Positions 48,963 to 57,966 of a stretch of DNA of 60,629 nucleotides are shown one piece after another. Source of the stretch: an uncultured virus (IMG/VR IMGVR_UViG_3300034374_012765). Lineage: Duplodnaviria; Heunggongvirae; Uroviricota; Caudoviricetes. The notes beneath the pieces were generated by a model that was given only the letters and a program-made list of their open reading frames with translations, ran no database searches and was not told the origin of the DNA. Both the position numbers and the translations under genes were made by a program. The stretch lies in IMG/VR virus record IMGVR_UViG_3300034374_012765; one strand, given 5' to 3'. Every line of letters starts with the position of its first letter. The stretch's first letter is position 1.

Positions 48963-49703
48963 ATGAACATAAAAAATCATACCATGAAAGATCTCAAGAC
49001 AACATGGTTTATACAACATCCAATAGACCAAGAGCACAAGCAATACGTGCTATTAGATTTTCTCAAAAGTGTAAACACCGAGATATCCAAAGAAAATATC
49101 TATTACCCGGTCAAGAAAATATTCTCGATTATCAAGGAGCTAACCTTTGTAAAAAACCTCCTAGAGGGAAAAAATGTAGATCCGTATGTAAAAATAGGAA
49201 GGATCAAGAAATTAAAGGAATGTATTGAGGAGAATCACCTCTCGCTAAATGAAAAAATCGAATGTCTCAAGATAGTTGATTCGTCACTCGCCATACTATA
49301 TAAGTATGCTGATCTCGGTATGAGTTTATGGAGAAATATAGAGAAAAGAATTAAGACTTTTGACCTGTTCCACCCAGATAAGGAAACGGGCGAATATGGA
49401 ATCCTCATCCTTAGAAATATGTCGAGTGATGGAATGTTAGCATATTTATGGCAAAACGGGGATGATATGAAGTCGGTCAAAGGGACTATTATGAAAAATA
49501 TCCCACTCAAGAATCCTTATTTTTCACTCTCATATGAATTTTCAGTCCATGAGATAATGCAAATTCTAGGTATAAGTGTGAATCCACCGAGGGTAACAGT
49601 GATGGAAATATCGGAAGATTTCAGAGAAGACTCGGTTATAGTCAAAATAGCAAAGGAGCTATTTATAAGAGAAATCTCATCAAGTAAAGAAAGGGAAATC
49701 TAA
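48963..49703 (+). CDS. Hypothetical protein
   Basis: 246 aa plus-strand ORF filling the gap between minus-strand genes; WFIQHPIDQEHKQYVLLDFL; possible start at 48984. Confidence 0.75.
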   Translation: MNIKNHTMKDLKTTWFIQHPIDQEHKQYVLLDFLKSVNTEISKENIYYPVKKIFSIIKELTFVKNLLEGKNVDPYVKIGRIKKLKECIEENHLSLNEKIECLKIVDSSLAILYKYADLGMSLWRNIEKRIKTFDLFHPDKETGEYGILILRNMSSDGMLAYLWQNGDDMKSVKGTIMKNIPLKNPYFSLSYEFSVHEIMQILGISVNPPRVTVMEISEDFREDSVIVKIAKELFIREISSSKEREI

Positions 49704-50378
49704 TTATTGGGATTCCTTCCACACGTTATCTATAAGAGAAACGCCCTCATACTGGCGTGCTAATCTATCTCTAATTATACCCATCTTGTTTATACCCTCC
49801 CTCCATTGGACCTCGTTAAACCATATATCCGGGCTATCCCAAGAATACTTTTCGAGACACTCCAAATAAAAATCTCTGGAAGCAGCAGGTAGTATAACAC
49901 AATGAGCAAGTATTATCTTATTGGTTAAATAAAAATCAGGATAATCCGGATCTGAATCATTTCCTATAGGAGGGGATTGCAAATAGTTGTTTACATATCT
50001 GGATCCAAGTGAAGTATAATAAAGGTTATGTAAATTAGAAAATTCAACGGACTCCTTCAGCTTATTCATGAAATCCTGATGATCACAAAGCAAAACACAA
50101 TCACATTCACATAGGACAAGAGCATCTATATCATCCGAGAAGTTTTCCATAATAGCTTTCTTAAAAGAATGGAAAGCACCATAATGTCCCGGACCGTGAT
50201 TTGTGTAGCCAGATTGACTTATTGCCTTCTTTTCCTTCCAGGCATCTCCCGTATATCTCTGATTTATCTGCTGGATGTATTCTAATCCCATATAACCCAG
50301 AGGAGAAAGTGATTCTATAGATTTTTTCTCTCTCTCCTCCTCAATCTCGGTTAAAATATGTACAAGCTTAATCTTCAT
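49704..50378 (-). CDS. Glycosyltransferase family 25-like protein
   Basis: GHYGAFHSF, ALVLCECD and LAHCVIL align with the GT25 GCxxSH / LILEDD / AYII motifs. Confidence 0.6.
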   Translation of the reverse strand: MKIKLVHILTEIEEEREKKSIESLSPLGYMGLEYIQQINQRYTGDAWKEKKAISQSGYTNHGPGHYGAFHSFKKAIMENFSDDIDALVLCECDCVLLCDHQDFMNKLKESVEFSNLHNLYYTSLGSRYVNNYLQSPPIGNDSDPDYPDFYLTNKIILAHCVILPAASRDFYLECLEKYSWDSPDIWFNEVQWREGINKMGIIRDRLARQYEGVSLIDNVWKESQ

Positions 50379-50390
50379 GCTTATTTTTAG

Positions 50391-50419
50391 ATTATATCAC
50401 AAAAAAAGAGGCAAGTTTC
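50391..50419 (-). promoter_or_regulatory. Putative bipartite promoter GAAAC-N18-TATAAT
   Basis: Upstream of the GT25-like gene; overlaps the terminator. Confidence 0.5.
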
Positions 50420-50434
50420 AAAGAAACCGCCTCT
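50401..50434 (-). terminator. Intrinsic terminator
   Basis: Minus strand AGAGGCGGTTTC-TTT-GAAACTTGCCTCT followed by a T run, downstream of 50479-50835. Confidence 0.7.
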
Positions 50435-50478
50435 AATGATTAAGACCGCTTAATCGCAGCTTACTCAGTGTAAGTTTT

Positions 50479-50835
50479 TTAATAGTCCTTCAGCCTAATG
50501 ATAAATGACTCACTAATGGCTCCTTCCGAAGTATCCATCGTGGCTCTCATCCCAGGATCTGGAATTCCCTGTCCACCAATGCCATTTACATAATCTCTAT
50601 CCCCGGTTGCATTATATCCAGGTACTTGAATTCCAGCCTTCTCTGGACTAAACACAGCATCCGCGTAGCCAACCCAATCATAAGCTGGTTCTCTTTTTAT
50701 CTTATGTAAACCAGTTTTCTCCTCTCCCCCCGTTTGATTCTCAGCAGAGAAAGGCTTAAATGTCTCGTCGTGTACTTTTTGTCTAAACTGCTCGAAGTCC
50801 AAAACCTCTCTTTTTGCAACATCATTTATATTCAT
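50479..50835 (-). CDS. Small hypothetical protein, candidate internal head protein
   Basis: VLDFEQF near the N-terminus and ISE near the C-terminus. Confidence 0.6.
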   Translation of the reverse strand: MNINDVAKREVLDFEQFRQKVHDETFKPFSAENQTGGEEKTGLHKIKREPAYDWVGYADAVFSPEKAGIQVPGYNATGDRDYVNGIGGQGIPDPGMRATMDTSEGAISESFIIRLKDY

Positions 50836-50867
50836 GATCCTTAATTTTCTTTTTTCTTGTGACCAAT

Positions 50868-51539
50868 TTAAGATGGATTATACCCAAAGCTATTCCTATT
50901 AGCTGGTGCAGATGAGATCAGGCCTCCGATAAAATCATCAACTATATTTCCCCTATCCAGCTCAAGCTTATTTCCGCTCCTGTCTATATCAGTTCTGATT
51001 GCTCTTTCTATACTACCTTTATCAGTAGGACTTAATCCTCTTATGAAATTCTCCCTATCAACCGGCTCGAAACCATTAAAAGCCTCGAGATAGAAAACTT
51101 CCAATTGATCTCTAAAGTTGTTCCTTCTTACTTCATTACTAAACATTTCCGAGATAGTACGATAGATCCACCCATTTTTATCTACACCAAGCTTTTCTGC
51201 TATTCCATCCAGCCCCATTTCTGTTAAAAATTCCATGGTAGCATCAGCAGCTTTTGGTGCCAGATACCCAGCACTGGTTTTTCCGCTAAATAGAATACTG
51301 AAATAATCACTGATTGGAATTTGCTCCACGAAGTTCTGAACAAGCTTACTGAAGATTGAATTTTCAGTTATTCCCAGATTACCTAGCAAATAAGCCGTTA
51401 CCTTTCCTTTGAATACATCGCTAAGGGGATTTGTAATTGAGGATAAAGCCCCAGTTATGTAATCGTATACCCCAGATTCGCTAATATCCGGATTTGACCT
51501 AAACTCCTTAAAGGTCTTTATTCCATTATCCATCTGCAT
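50868..51539 (-). CDS. Candidate internal head protein
   Basis: IKTFKEF...ISE N-terminus; upstream GATATATA motif. Confidence 0.65.
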   Translation of the reverse strand: MQMDNGIKTFKEFRSNPDISESGVYDYITGALSSITNPLSDVFKGKVTAYLLGNLGITENSIFSKLVQNFVEQIPISDYFSILFSGKTSAGYLAPKAADATMEFLTEMGLDGIAEKLGVDKNGWIYRTISEMFSNEVRRNNFRDQLEVFYLEAFNGFEPVDRENFIRGLSPTDKGSIERAIRTDIDRSGNKLELDRGNIVDDFIGGLISSAPANRNSFGYNPS

Positions 51540-51555
51540 GCGGAAGTTTTTTCTT

Positions 51556-51563
51556 TATATATC
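51556..51563 (-). promoter_or_regulatory. Putative late promoter GATATATA
   Basis: Intergenic, upstream of 51539. Confidence 0.6.
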
Positions 51564-51581
51564 TATCCACATTGGCTTATT

Positions 51582-52976
51582 TTATCCCATGAACAAATCA
51601 ACAGCAGTCTGTCGATAGGCCAATTTATCCTTCTTAATCTGAGGGTTTTTAAGAGGAGCTTTAGTTCTATCCAGGATATCAAGAGGAAGAAGAGGACCAA
51701 AAGTATCCTTCAGTATCTTTTTATCTGTTCTCCACTCTAGCGGGATTGATAGTGCAAATCTAACTATGTCTAGATTCAAGAATGGGCTACGTAGCTCTAA
51801 TGTATGGGCCATTGACATCTTATCAAGCCTTGGTAGATGATAGTAGCTAAGCTCATCAAAAATGTCGGACCTTTGAGAATCATATTCGTGAATCCTTTTA
51901 TATCCGCCAAAGAGTTCGTCCGCACCATCTCCACTTAAAACTATCCGGTATCCACCAAATTTCTTAACAGCATCAAAGAGATGATATTGTGGAATTACCG
52001 ATCCTAAATCTATGGGACTTTCATTCCACATCTTATAGATCTCTCCATTCATCCTAGGATCCATCGAATAATCCAGAAAAGAAACTTCAGAGCCTAAATG
52101 GTCAGCGAGAATCTTAACATACTCAGTTTCATTATTTTCTATAGTAAACCAGCGAACATCAGATCCAGTTTCTTTCAGTATGGCAGCAATTATCGAAGAA
52201 TCTAGTCCGCCCGAAACCAGAAGGGAAATCGGGTAGTCCTTAGATATTAACCTATTACGAACAGATTCAAACATCTTAGTCCAAAGCCATTCCATATGAT
52301 CCTCATAGCTACCACCTTCGAGCTCATATATCGGGTGTTCAAATCCCTTAAAATAAGAAGGATACACATTCTTGAATTCGGGACTTATCAAATTAAAAGA
52401 ATAGATATTATTAGGTAGGAATCTCTTAACCTCTGAGTATGAAGTTCTTTCATCGGTATTATAACCCCATTTCCTTATAGTACTCATGGTGGTAAGATCA
52501 ATTTCACTATTCAAGCTAGCTAGTGATTTCACCTCCGAAGATATCTCACCCAAGTTGTTGTAGTAGAGTGGCTTTCTACCAAGTGGATCAGTAAATGCTA
52601 TTACGTCCTTTGTATTCGAGTCAAATATAACTAATGCCCAAAATCCGTCCCATGTCTGTATCTCAGGTAAAAACATCCCACAGAACATCTCAAAAGAACC
52701 GCCAGCATATTTGCTGAACATATTGCAAAGATATTCAGTATCAGACGAGAACCTTTCATTATCATAATTAAATATCTCACCATTAAACAGCATATAAATA
52801 CCCTTAGAGACTTCGATTGGTTGATCCCATGTATCACCATCGGAGGTTTGAATAGGAAGTCTATGATGACATAGATACCATCCGTCACTCTCTATCGTTT
52901 TACTCTCTATCCCCCTATGCTTTATAGTGTTTAGATTCTCTTCAGTCCCTGTTTGTGTTAAAAGTATACCACACAT
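51582..52976 (-). CDS. asnB: Asparagine synthetase B-like glutamine amidotransferase
   Basis: MCGI (Ntn Cys), HRG, FNGEIFNY, SDTE, SGGLDSS, SGDGADELFGGY and ELRSPFL motifs. Confidence 0.93.
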   Translation of the reverse strand: MCGILLTQTGTEENLNTIKHRGIESKTIESDGWYLCHHRLPIQTSDGDTWDQPIEVSKGIYMLFNGEIFNYDNERFSSDTEYLCNMFSKYAGGSFEMFCGMFLPEIQTWDGFWALVIFDSNTKDVIAFTDPLGRKPLYYNNLGEISSEVKSLASLNSEIDLTTMSTIRKWGYNTDERTSYSEVKRFLPNNIYSFNLISPEFKNVYPSYFKGFEHPIYELEGGSYEDHMEWLWTKMFESVRNRLISKDYPISLLVSGGLDSSIIAAILKETGSDVRWFTIENNETEYVKILADHLGSEVSFLDYSMDPRMNGEIYKMWNESPIDLGSVIPQYHLFDAVKKFGGYRIVLSGDGADELFGGYKRIHEYDSQRSDIFDELSYYHLPRLDKMSMAHTLELRSPFLNLDIVRFALSIPLEWRTDKKILKDTFGPLLPLDILDRTKAPLKNPQIKKDKLAYRQTAVDLFMG

Positions 52977-52977
52977 A

Positions 52978-53520
52978 TTAATCCATATTAATTAAAGCCT
53001 CAACTGATTTTTCATCAAAGTTGTTCGTAACGTATTTAATAGGAACGTTATATGGCTGATTTGTTATAATACCCCTAAGATTTTCCATTATTTTAGCTTC
53101 TCTATCATCACCATCCCTAAAATCCCAATTATCCTTTTCCCTATTTCCAACATCCGGATTTTTACCAATTACATAAAAGATCTCGCAATCATTAAGAAGA
53201 CCCTGATTGGCTATCATTTCAACTTGGTCCTTAGCTTCCTCCTCCGTGATTCTGCCAGAAAGTATACCCCATGTTAATACAGTAAGTATACCCCTATCCA
53301 AAATAAAATCTGGGAGAAGCCCGTCCCTATTGAGCTGAAGTAGCATTAATTCCTTACCTAAAGCAAAGGAATGAGTAATTTCGTTATCGTCAGGTAGAGA
53401 TAACCTATTGAACCAGCCAACAAAATCAAACTTAAATATACTCAAATTCGCTTTAGAGGCATATTTACGTGCTAAAAATGTCTTCCCTGAATTCCTGGGT
53501 CCTTCGAATATCCTGATCAT
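52978..53520 (-). CDS. Thymidylate-kinase-like dNMP kinase
   Basis: IFEGPRNSGKT P-loop and ILDRG motif. Confidence 0.8.
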   Translation of the reverse strand: MIRIFEGPRNSGKTFLARKYASKANLSIFKFDFVGWFNRLSLPDDNEITHSFALGKELMLLQLNRDGLLPDFILDRGILTVLTWGILSGRITEEEAKDQVEMIANQGLLNDCEIFYVIGKNPDVGNREKDNWDFRDGDDREAKIMENLRGIITNQPYNVPIKYVTNNFDEKSVEALINMD

Positions 53521-54391
53521 CTCCTATTTCCTTCGGTTCTTTTCTTTTTATTACTCTACCCTCCATATATTTCCACAATTTATGATTTATTCTATATTTC
53601 TCATACATTCCTAGGATTAATCTTCGGTCGGTAAAATAATAAATAGGGAACCCAACATTTAGCTTTCCGTCGAGTATGTATTTGTAAATTAGACAATTAT
53701 ATACGTGCTGTTCTGGGCAAAGATGCGTAAACATATGGTAAGGGCTTGGATCCGGCTCCTCCATTAAGAGAGACTTATCCTCACATAGGTCTTTATACTC
53801 AGCAAAAAATTCCCTGGATTTCTCAGTATTCCTAACTATCATCCTGCTAGAAGCTATCTCATAACACTCAGAAACAACTTCCCCATCATCCGGGTTGTCA
53901 AATATCTTTTCAGAGGTATATCTCTTTCCGTGCATACCAACTAGTGGGGGATTACCATCTAGAAGATTAGCTTCAAAGGGAGAGAAGAAGTCAGAGCCAC
54001 ACATTTCCAGAAGGTATTCACAGGTTTCCCTTACCTCACCCCATTTAGTTTGCCAGTATTGGGGATATTTAGAAAAATTACAGTCATGATAAAAGATTAT
54101 CGAACCATCCTCGGTCTGATTCAACATATAATCAATCAGAAAAGGCTTAAAATCCCCATATCCTATACTACTAATTCCAGGATTAACCTCAAGATCCCTA
54201 CCGAGTCGATTACAGAAATTACTCGAATTAGGCAAGGATTTTAGGGATTCTCTGTCATATATTAAGACCTCATCGAAATAAGGACTTAATAATCTCTTAA
54301 TATTGGAGATGCTATTCAATAGAGAGCTTCGCTCATCCAAGGAAGCACCGTCTCTCACATTACAAAAACTTAAGAAGTATATTTTTCCCAT
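53465..54391 (-). CDS. Putative GT-A fold glycosyltransferase-like protein
   Basis: GYGDFKPFLI...DGSIIFYHDC and a late EQ motif resemble nucleotide-diphospho-sugar transferases. Confidence 0.5.
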   Translation of the reverse strand: MGKIYFLSFCNVRDGASLDERSSLLNSISNIKRLLSPYFDEVLIYDRESLKSLPNSSNFCNRLGRDLEVNPGISSIGYGDFKPFLIDYMLNQTEDGSIIFYHDCNFSKYPQYWQTKWGEVRETCEYLLEMCGSDFFSPFEANLLDGNPPLVGMHGKRYTSEKIFDNPDDGEVVSECYEIASSRMIVRNTEKSREFFAEYKDLCEDKSLLMEEPDPSPYHMFTHLCPEQHVYNCLIYKYILDGKLNVGFPIYYFTDRRLILGMYEKYRINHKLWKYMEGRVIKRKEPKEIGDDQDIRRTQEFREDIFST

Positions 54392-54409
54392 ACTACAAAG
54401 AATGTAGAT

Positions 54410-54438
54410 ATTATATCAAGGAAAATAAACTATGTTTC
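54410..54438 (-). promoter_or_regulatory. Putative bipartite promoter GAAAC-N18-TATAAT
   Basis: Same spacing at four intergenic sites; heads the GT-kinase-AsnB operon. Confidence 0.55.
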
Positions 54439-54444
54439 TGCTTA

Positions 54445-56808
54445 TTAGACAGAACCAGGTATAATATAAATGGACTCCTTCATGTGGGTAGGAATTGTAT
54501 CCAGACCAGTAATAGAAATCCGATCCAAGTGCTTTGCTTTAGATCTTAAAACTGGTGGGATTTTCTTCAATGTATCCTTAACAGATAAAAAGTTATCGTC
54601 AGACACATCGCCATCGATTTCCATACACTCCAAACAATGAGCGTTTGTATCCGATTCCTTCACAGGGACCAGGGAGCACATCGACTCTTTCATCATAGGA
54701 GACTTAGATCTAAATGAATTGTTCTTAACTATATTTTTAGCTAGCCCCTCCGCATCCATATCATATTTTTCCAAAGCCATGTCTAGAGCACATTTCCACG
54801 ATTCCTTTTTATCGTCATACGAAATAAGAGGCGAAAGGAAGACAGCACAATTATATATAAATCTTTGCTCTGCAGGATTCATGTTATCTAGATCAATCTT
54901 ATCTCCACATACTCCCTCTATTGATCTTTTCATCTCCTTTAATGCGCTATGTGGTAAATACCCTCTACTGATGCTATCATTGCAAGATTTAAGGGATTCG
55001 GAGCAGCTTCTATATGCGGATTCCATCTCTTTAAGATTTTGTCCGGCACAATCAGCATTCTTCCCAAAAACATCCTCAACAGCCTTACCTTTGGTATCCG
55101 AATCTACCCCTGAAAAATTCTTATAATAGCCGGTATACCAGTCTCCGAATGAATCTACATCCTCAGAATCGGATCCATGAAATTTAGAGTAGCTGTTCCA
55201 ATTACATGGTTTATTCACATTGGTTGATAACCTCTTTGTCGGATAAACTGCGATATTACCGTCATCACCAACCATAGCAAAATGAGACACTTCTTTGCCG
55301 CCGTCAACGGCTTCAGTCCAAGAGCTAATAAAATCAGCAGGACAAGAACCCTTCAGTGTATTATCCTCTCTTAAAAAATTCTCAGCTTCTGCGTTCTTAT
55401 TATACCCTTTAGTCCTTAATAATTTTGCAAGTCTTTCAGCTAACATAAAATCGGACGTTGTTGGGTTTCCATCATTATGAACAGTCTCTAGCTCCTCCTG
55501 GTATTTTTTAAGTTCGTCGGATATTCTATCAGGATCGATGTATCTCTTATCCTCCCATAATCCCATGAAAGAGGAGATACTCATTACAGAAGACTCAGAC
55601 AAATTAGCATAGGAATTTCTCAGACTATCCAAACAGGACTTAATCAAATCCTTATTCTGAGATGAAACCTGATCTAGTTTCAATAGAGAATCTAATAGAG
55701 CCTTATCAACCTCCCCGTTTATATTCTTGTTATCCATAGCTCCTTGTATAGCTTTAACTGCTACTGAGGTACCCTCCTCGAATTTACCGTCCGCACCTCC
55801 ACGAGGATCTAGAATATTTTTTAATGGAGAGTAGGCATCGATCAAAGCCCTCTGTACAGCCTCGATTATACCAGATCCTCTTAACCTAGGATCCGTATCC
55901 TTGTCTCCCATTTTTAGGGGGAAAACACGATCATTCATGCTGGACTCCTTCTCTTCCATCTCCTCCCTTATCTTAATTTCAATAATTCCTTCCTGTGTAA
56001 AAGCCTTTGTCACATCGTCAAGAGCATTAGTAAAAAGATCATTAACATCGGAGAATTTTTGGTAAAGATCATCATCCTTTTGAATCTTGGCCATAACCTG
56101 CTCAGCAGATTTAACCTTATATTCGTTATACTCCTTACATAGGTTATCAACTTTCTTCTCTATCTCGGTAAGATCTTTCCTTTGTCCGCTGGAGGATAGA
56201 GAATCCAATCTTTGATTCAATTGTGAAAATATCCTCTGCCAATCTCTTCCGTAGCCATTCTTACTGTCCTTCCCTTTAGAATCACATATCAGGGAAATAA
56301 GAATTTTCCTAAGACGATCGACCCTACCGTCATATCCTATTATAAGACCCTCGTTTATAGCTTTCTCTTTTGCTATTTTATCCATCTCGATTTGCATCTT
56401 ACCTAAAGATTTCTCGAAAAGATCTATAAACTTAGCCTCCTTAGATGGATCTATCTCAATGGCTCTTTTAACAGCTTCACCAATCGATGATAGTGAATTG
56501 ATATACAGATTTTTTATCTCCGCAAAATGAGGATCTATAACCTCCACATCGTTGCAAATATCCTTAACCTTAGCCAGAAGATTCTTGGCAGATGAAGATC
56601 CACTAAGTTGCTCAACTTTCCTCCTAAACTGGTCCGGATTTCTGTTCTTATCCGAGGCTATATCAAAGCAGATTTTCTTACAGTTACTAGCAAGTGCATC
56701 AGCAATCCTCTTAATAAGATCCTCAACATTTTGATTCTCATTTAAGGTGAAATATGAACTAGAAAGGCTTCTAGCTACTGGATTATATCTTAGATATTCT
56801 TTTCCCAT
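54445..56808 (-). CDS. Large helical protein with a peptidoglycan-binding-like domain, candidate ejected head protein (start revised to MGKEY)
   Basis: LKMGDKD..IEAVQRAL..GADGKFEEGTSVAVKAIQ..INGEVDKALL matches the PG_binding_1 pattern; LNE, INE and LSE sites. Confidence 0.65.
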   Translation of the reverse strand: MGKEYLRYNPVARSLSSSYFTLNENQNVEDLIKRIADALASNCKKICFDIASDKNRNPDQFRRKVEQLSGSSSAKNLLAKVKDICNDVEVIDPHFAEIKNLYINSLSSIGEAVKRAIEIDPSKEAKFIDLFEKSLGKMQIEMDKIAKEKAINEGLIIGYDGRVDRLRKILISLICDSKGKDSKNGYGRDWQRIFSQLNQRLDSLSSSGQRKDLTEIEKKVDNLCKEYNEYKVKSAEQVMAKIQKDDDLYQKFSDVNDLFTNALDDVTKAFTQEGIIEIKIREEMEEKESSMNDRVFPLKMGDKDTDPRLRGSGIIEAVQRALIDAYSPLKNILDPRGGADGKFEEGTSVAVKAIQGAMDNKNINGEVDKALLDSLLKLDQVSSQNKDLIKSCLDSLRNSYANLSESSVMSISSFMGLWEDKRYIDPDRISDELKKYQEELETVHNDGNPTTSDFMLAERLAKLLRTKGYNKNAEAENFLREDNTLKGSCPADFISSWTEAVDGGKEVSHFAMVGDDGNIAVYPTKRLSTNVNKPCNWNSYSKFHGSDSEDVDSFGDWYTGYYKNFSGVDSDTKGKAVEDVFGKNADCAGQNLKEMESAYRSCSESLKSCNDSISRGYLPHSALKEMKRSIEGVCGDKIDLDNMNPAEQRFIYNCAVFLSPLISYDDKKESWKCALDMALEKYDMDAEGLAKNIVKNNSFRSKSPMMKESMCSLVPVKESDTNAHCLECMEIDGDVSDDNFLSVKDTLKKIPPVLRSKAKHLDRISITGLDTIPTHMKESIYIIPGSV

Positions 56809-56809
56809 C

Positions 56810-57079
56810 TTAATAAATATTTGTTGTGTCCCCGGAATCAGCTTTAGCTTGCATAGCGTTAGCCAGTGCATTCAGCAAAGCAGGCATTTGTCCAGTGAGA
56901 GTTGCTTGTCTTCTTATGCTTGCAGCTTTTTCTGCTAGGTCTGTAGCATCTTTCTGTTTTGCTATCTCTTCAGCGATCTCAGCTTGTTTTTCGTTCACAT
57001 CAGCTTTAGCCTTAACGAGATCTTCATTCACCCCTTCAAATAATTGGAATTCTCCGAGTCTTTTAATAGTATTATGCAT
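56810..57079 (-). CDS. Small Ala-rich helical protein, candidate internal head protein
   Basis: MHNTIKRLGEFQLFE N-terminus; ATG overlaps the upstream stop. Confidence 0.65.
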   Translation of the reverse strand: MHNTIKRLGEFQLFEGVNEDLVKAKADVNEKQAEIAEEIAKQKDATDLAEKAASIRRQATLTGQMPALLNALANAMQAKADSGDTTNIY

Positions 57080-57965
57080 ATCTCCTAGCAATAGTGATTT
57101 TTGTTCTTAGGTCCCTTATCTGACCCATCATCATTTCCCTTAGCTCCTTAATATCTTTATCTATGGAGTCCTTATCTAATCCCTTCCGCATAGCTTGTCC
57201 AATTAATCTATCCCTCTCTGTGTCTAGAGTGGCATACCTTTCATTTCTCTCAGTAGTCATGAACTTAATAAGATCCTTTATTTGATTTTTCTCTAGTCCT
57301 TGAGCATATTTAGTGAATTGAACCGCATTCATAGCTAATATAGGATCAAGAGAAAATTTAGATCTAGAGATCGAGGATGTACTGGGGTCAGGAATTTCAA
57401 AAGGTTTAGCAAGATCAAGCTTTCCAAATTTTTGTCTAAATTTATCATCCTTCTCTTTTGCCTGCAGTGCAGCTTCTTTATATTTATCATAAAGCTCGTC
57501 CGCTATATCCTGGTCTGTAAGCTGCTTGGCAAGCTTATAAAGTCTTTCTGTCAGATCTGCCTCCAGTTCCGATTTTTTAAGGTTCCAGTAAGAAACCAAC
57601 CTTGGGTTATCCTTAGTTATTTCTTCAACTTTACTATCAATTCTCCCAATTTCGGAGGATTTTTTCTTGTTTAGCGCACCCACTAATTTCCTATTTCTGT
57701 CTATTAGTCTATCAAGCTTTTTAGCTTCAGCTGGATCGCTTTTGGTTTGTGCCCTTTGTATTTGTAGAGCATCTATATCGGTTTGTATTTCATTCCAGTC
57801 TTTGGCGTACTGGGTTTCTATTTTGTTTATCTTAGTTAATAATGAATTTATCTTTGCTACAGATCCCCCGAAATTGGAGCTTAGCCAATTGATTATCTTA
57901 TCGGTTTTATTAGCCGACTCGTTAATATCATTATTCCTATTCCATTCCGCAAAATTTAGAAGCAT
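57072..57965 (-). CDS. Coiled-coil protein, candidate internal head protein
   Basis: MLLNFAEW...INE; paralogue of 57967-59067. Confidence 0.7.
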   Translation of the reverse strand: MLLNFAEWNRNNDINESANKTDKIINWLSSNFGGSVAKINSLLTKINKIETQYAKDWNEIQTDIDALQIQRAQTKSDPAEAKKLDRLIDRNRKLVGALNKKKSSEIGRIDSKVEEITKDNPRLVSYWNLKKSELEADLTERLYKLAKQLTDQDIADELYDKYKEAALQAKEKDDKFRQKFGKLDLAKPFEIPDPSTSSISRSKFSLDPILAMNAVQFTKYAQGLEKNQIKDLIKFMTTERNERYATLDTERDRLIGQAMRKGLDKDSIDKDIKELREMMMGQIRDLRTKITIARRYA

Positions 57966-57966
57966 A

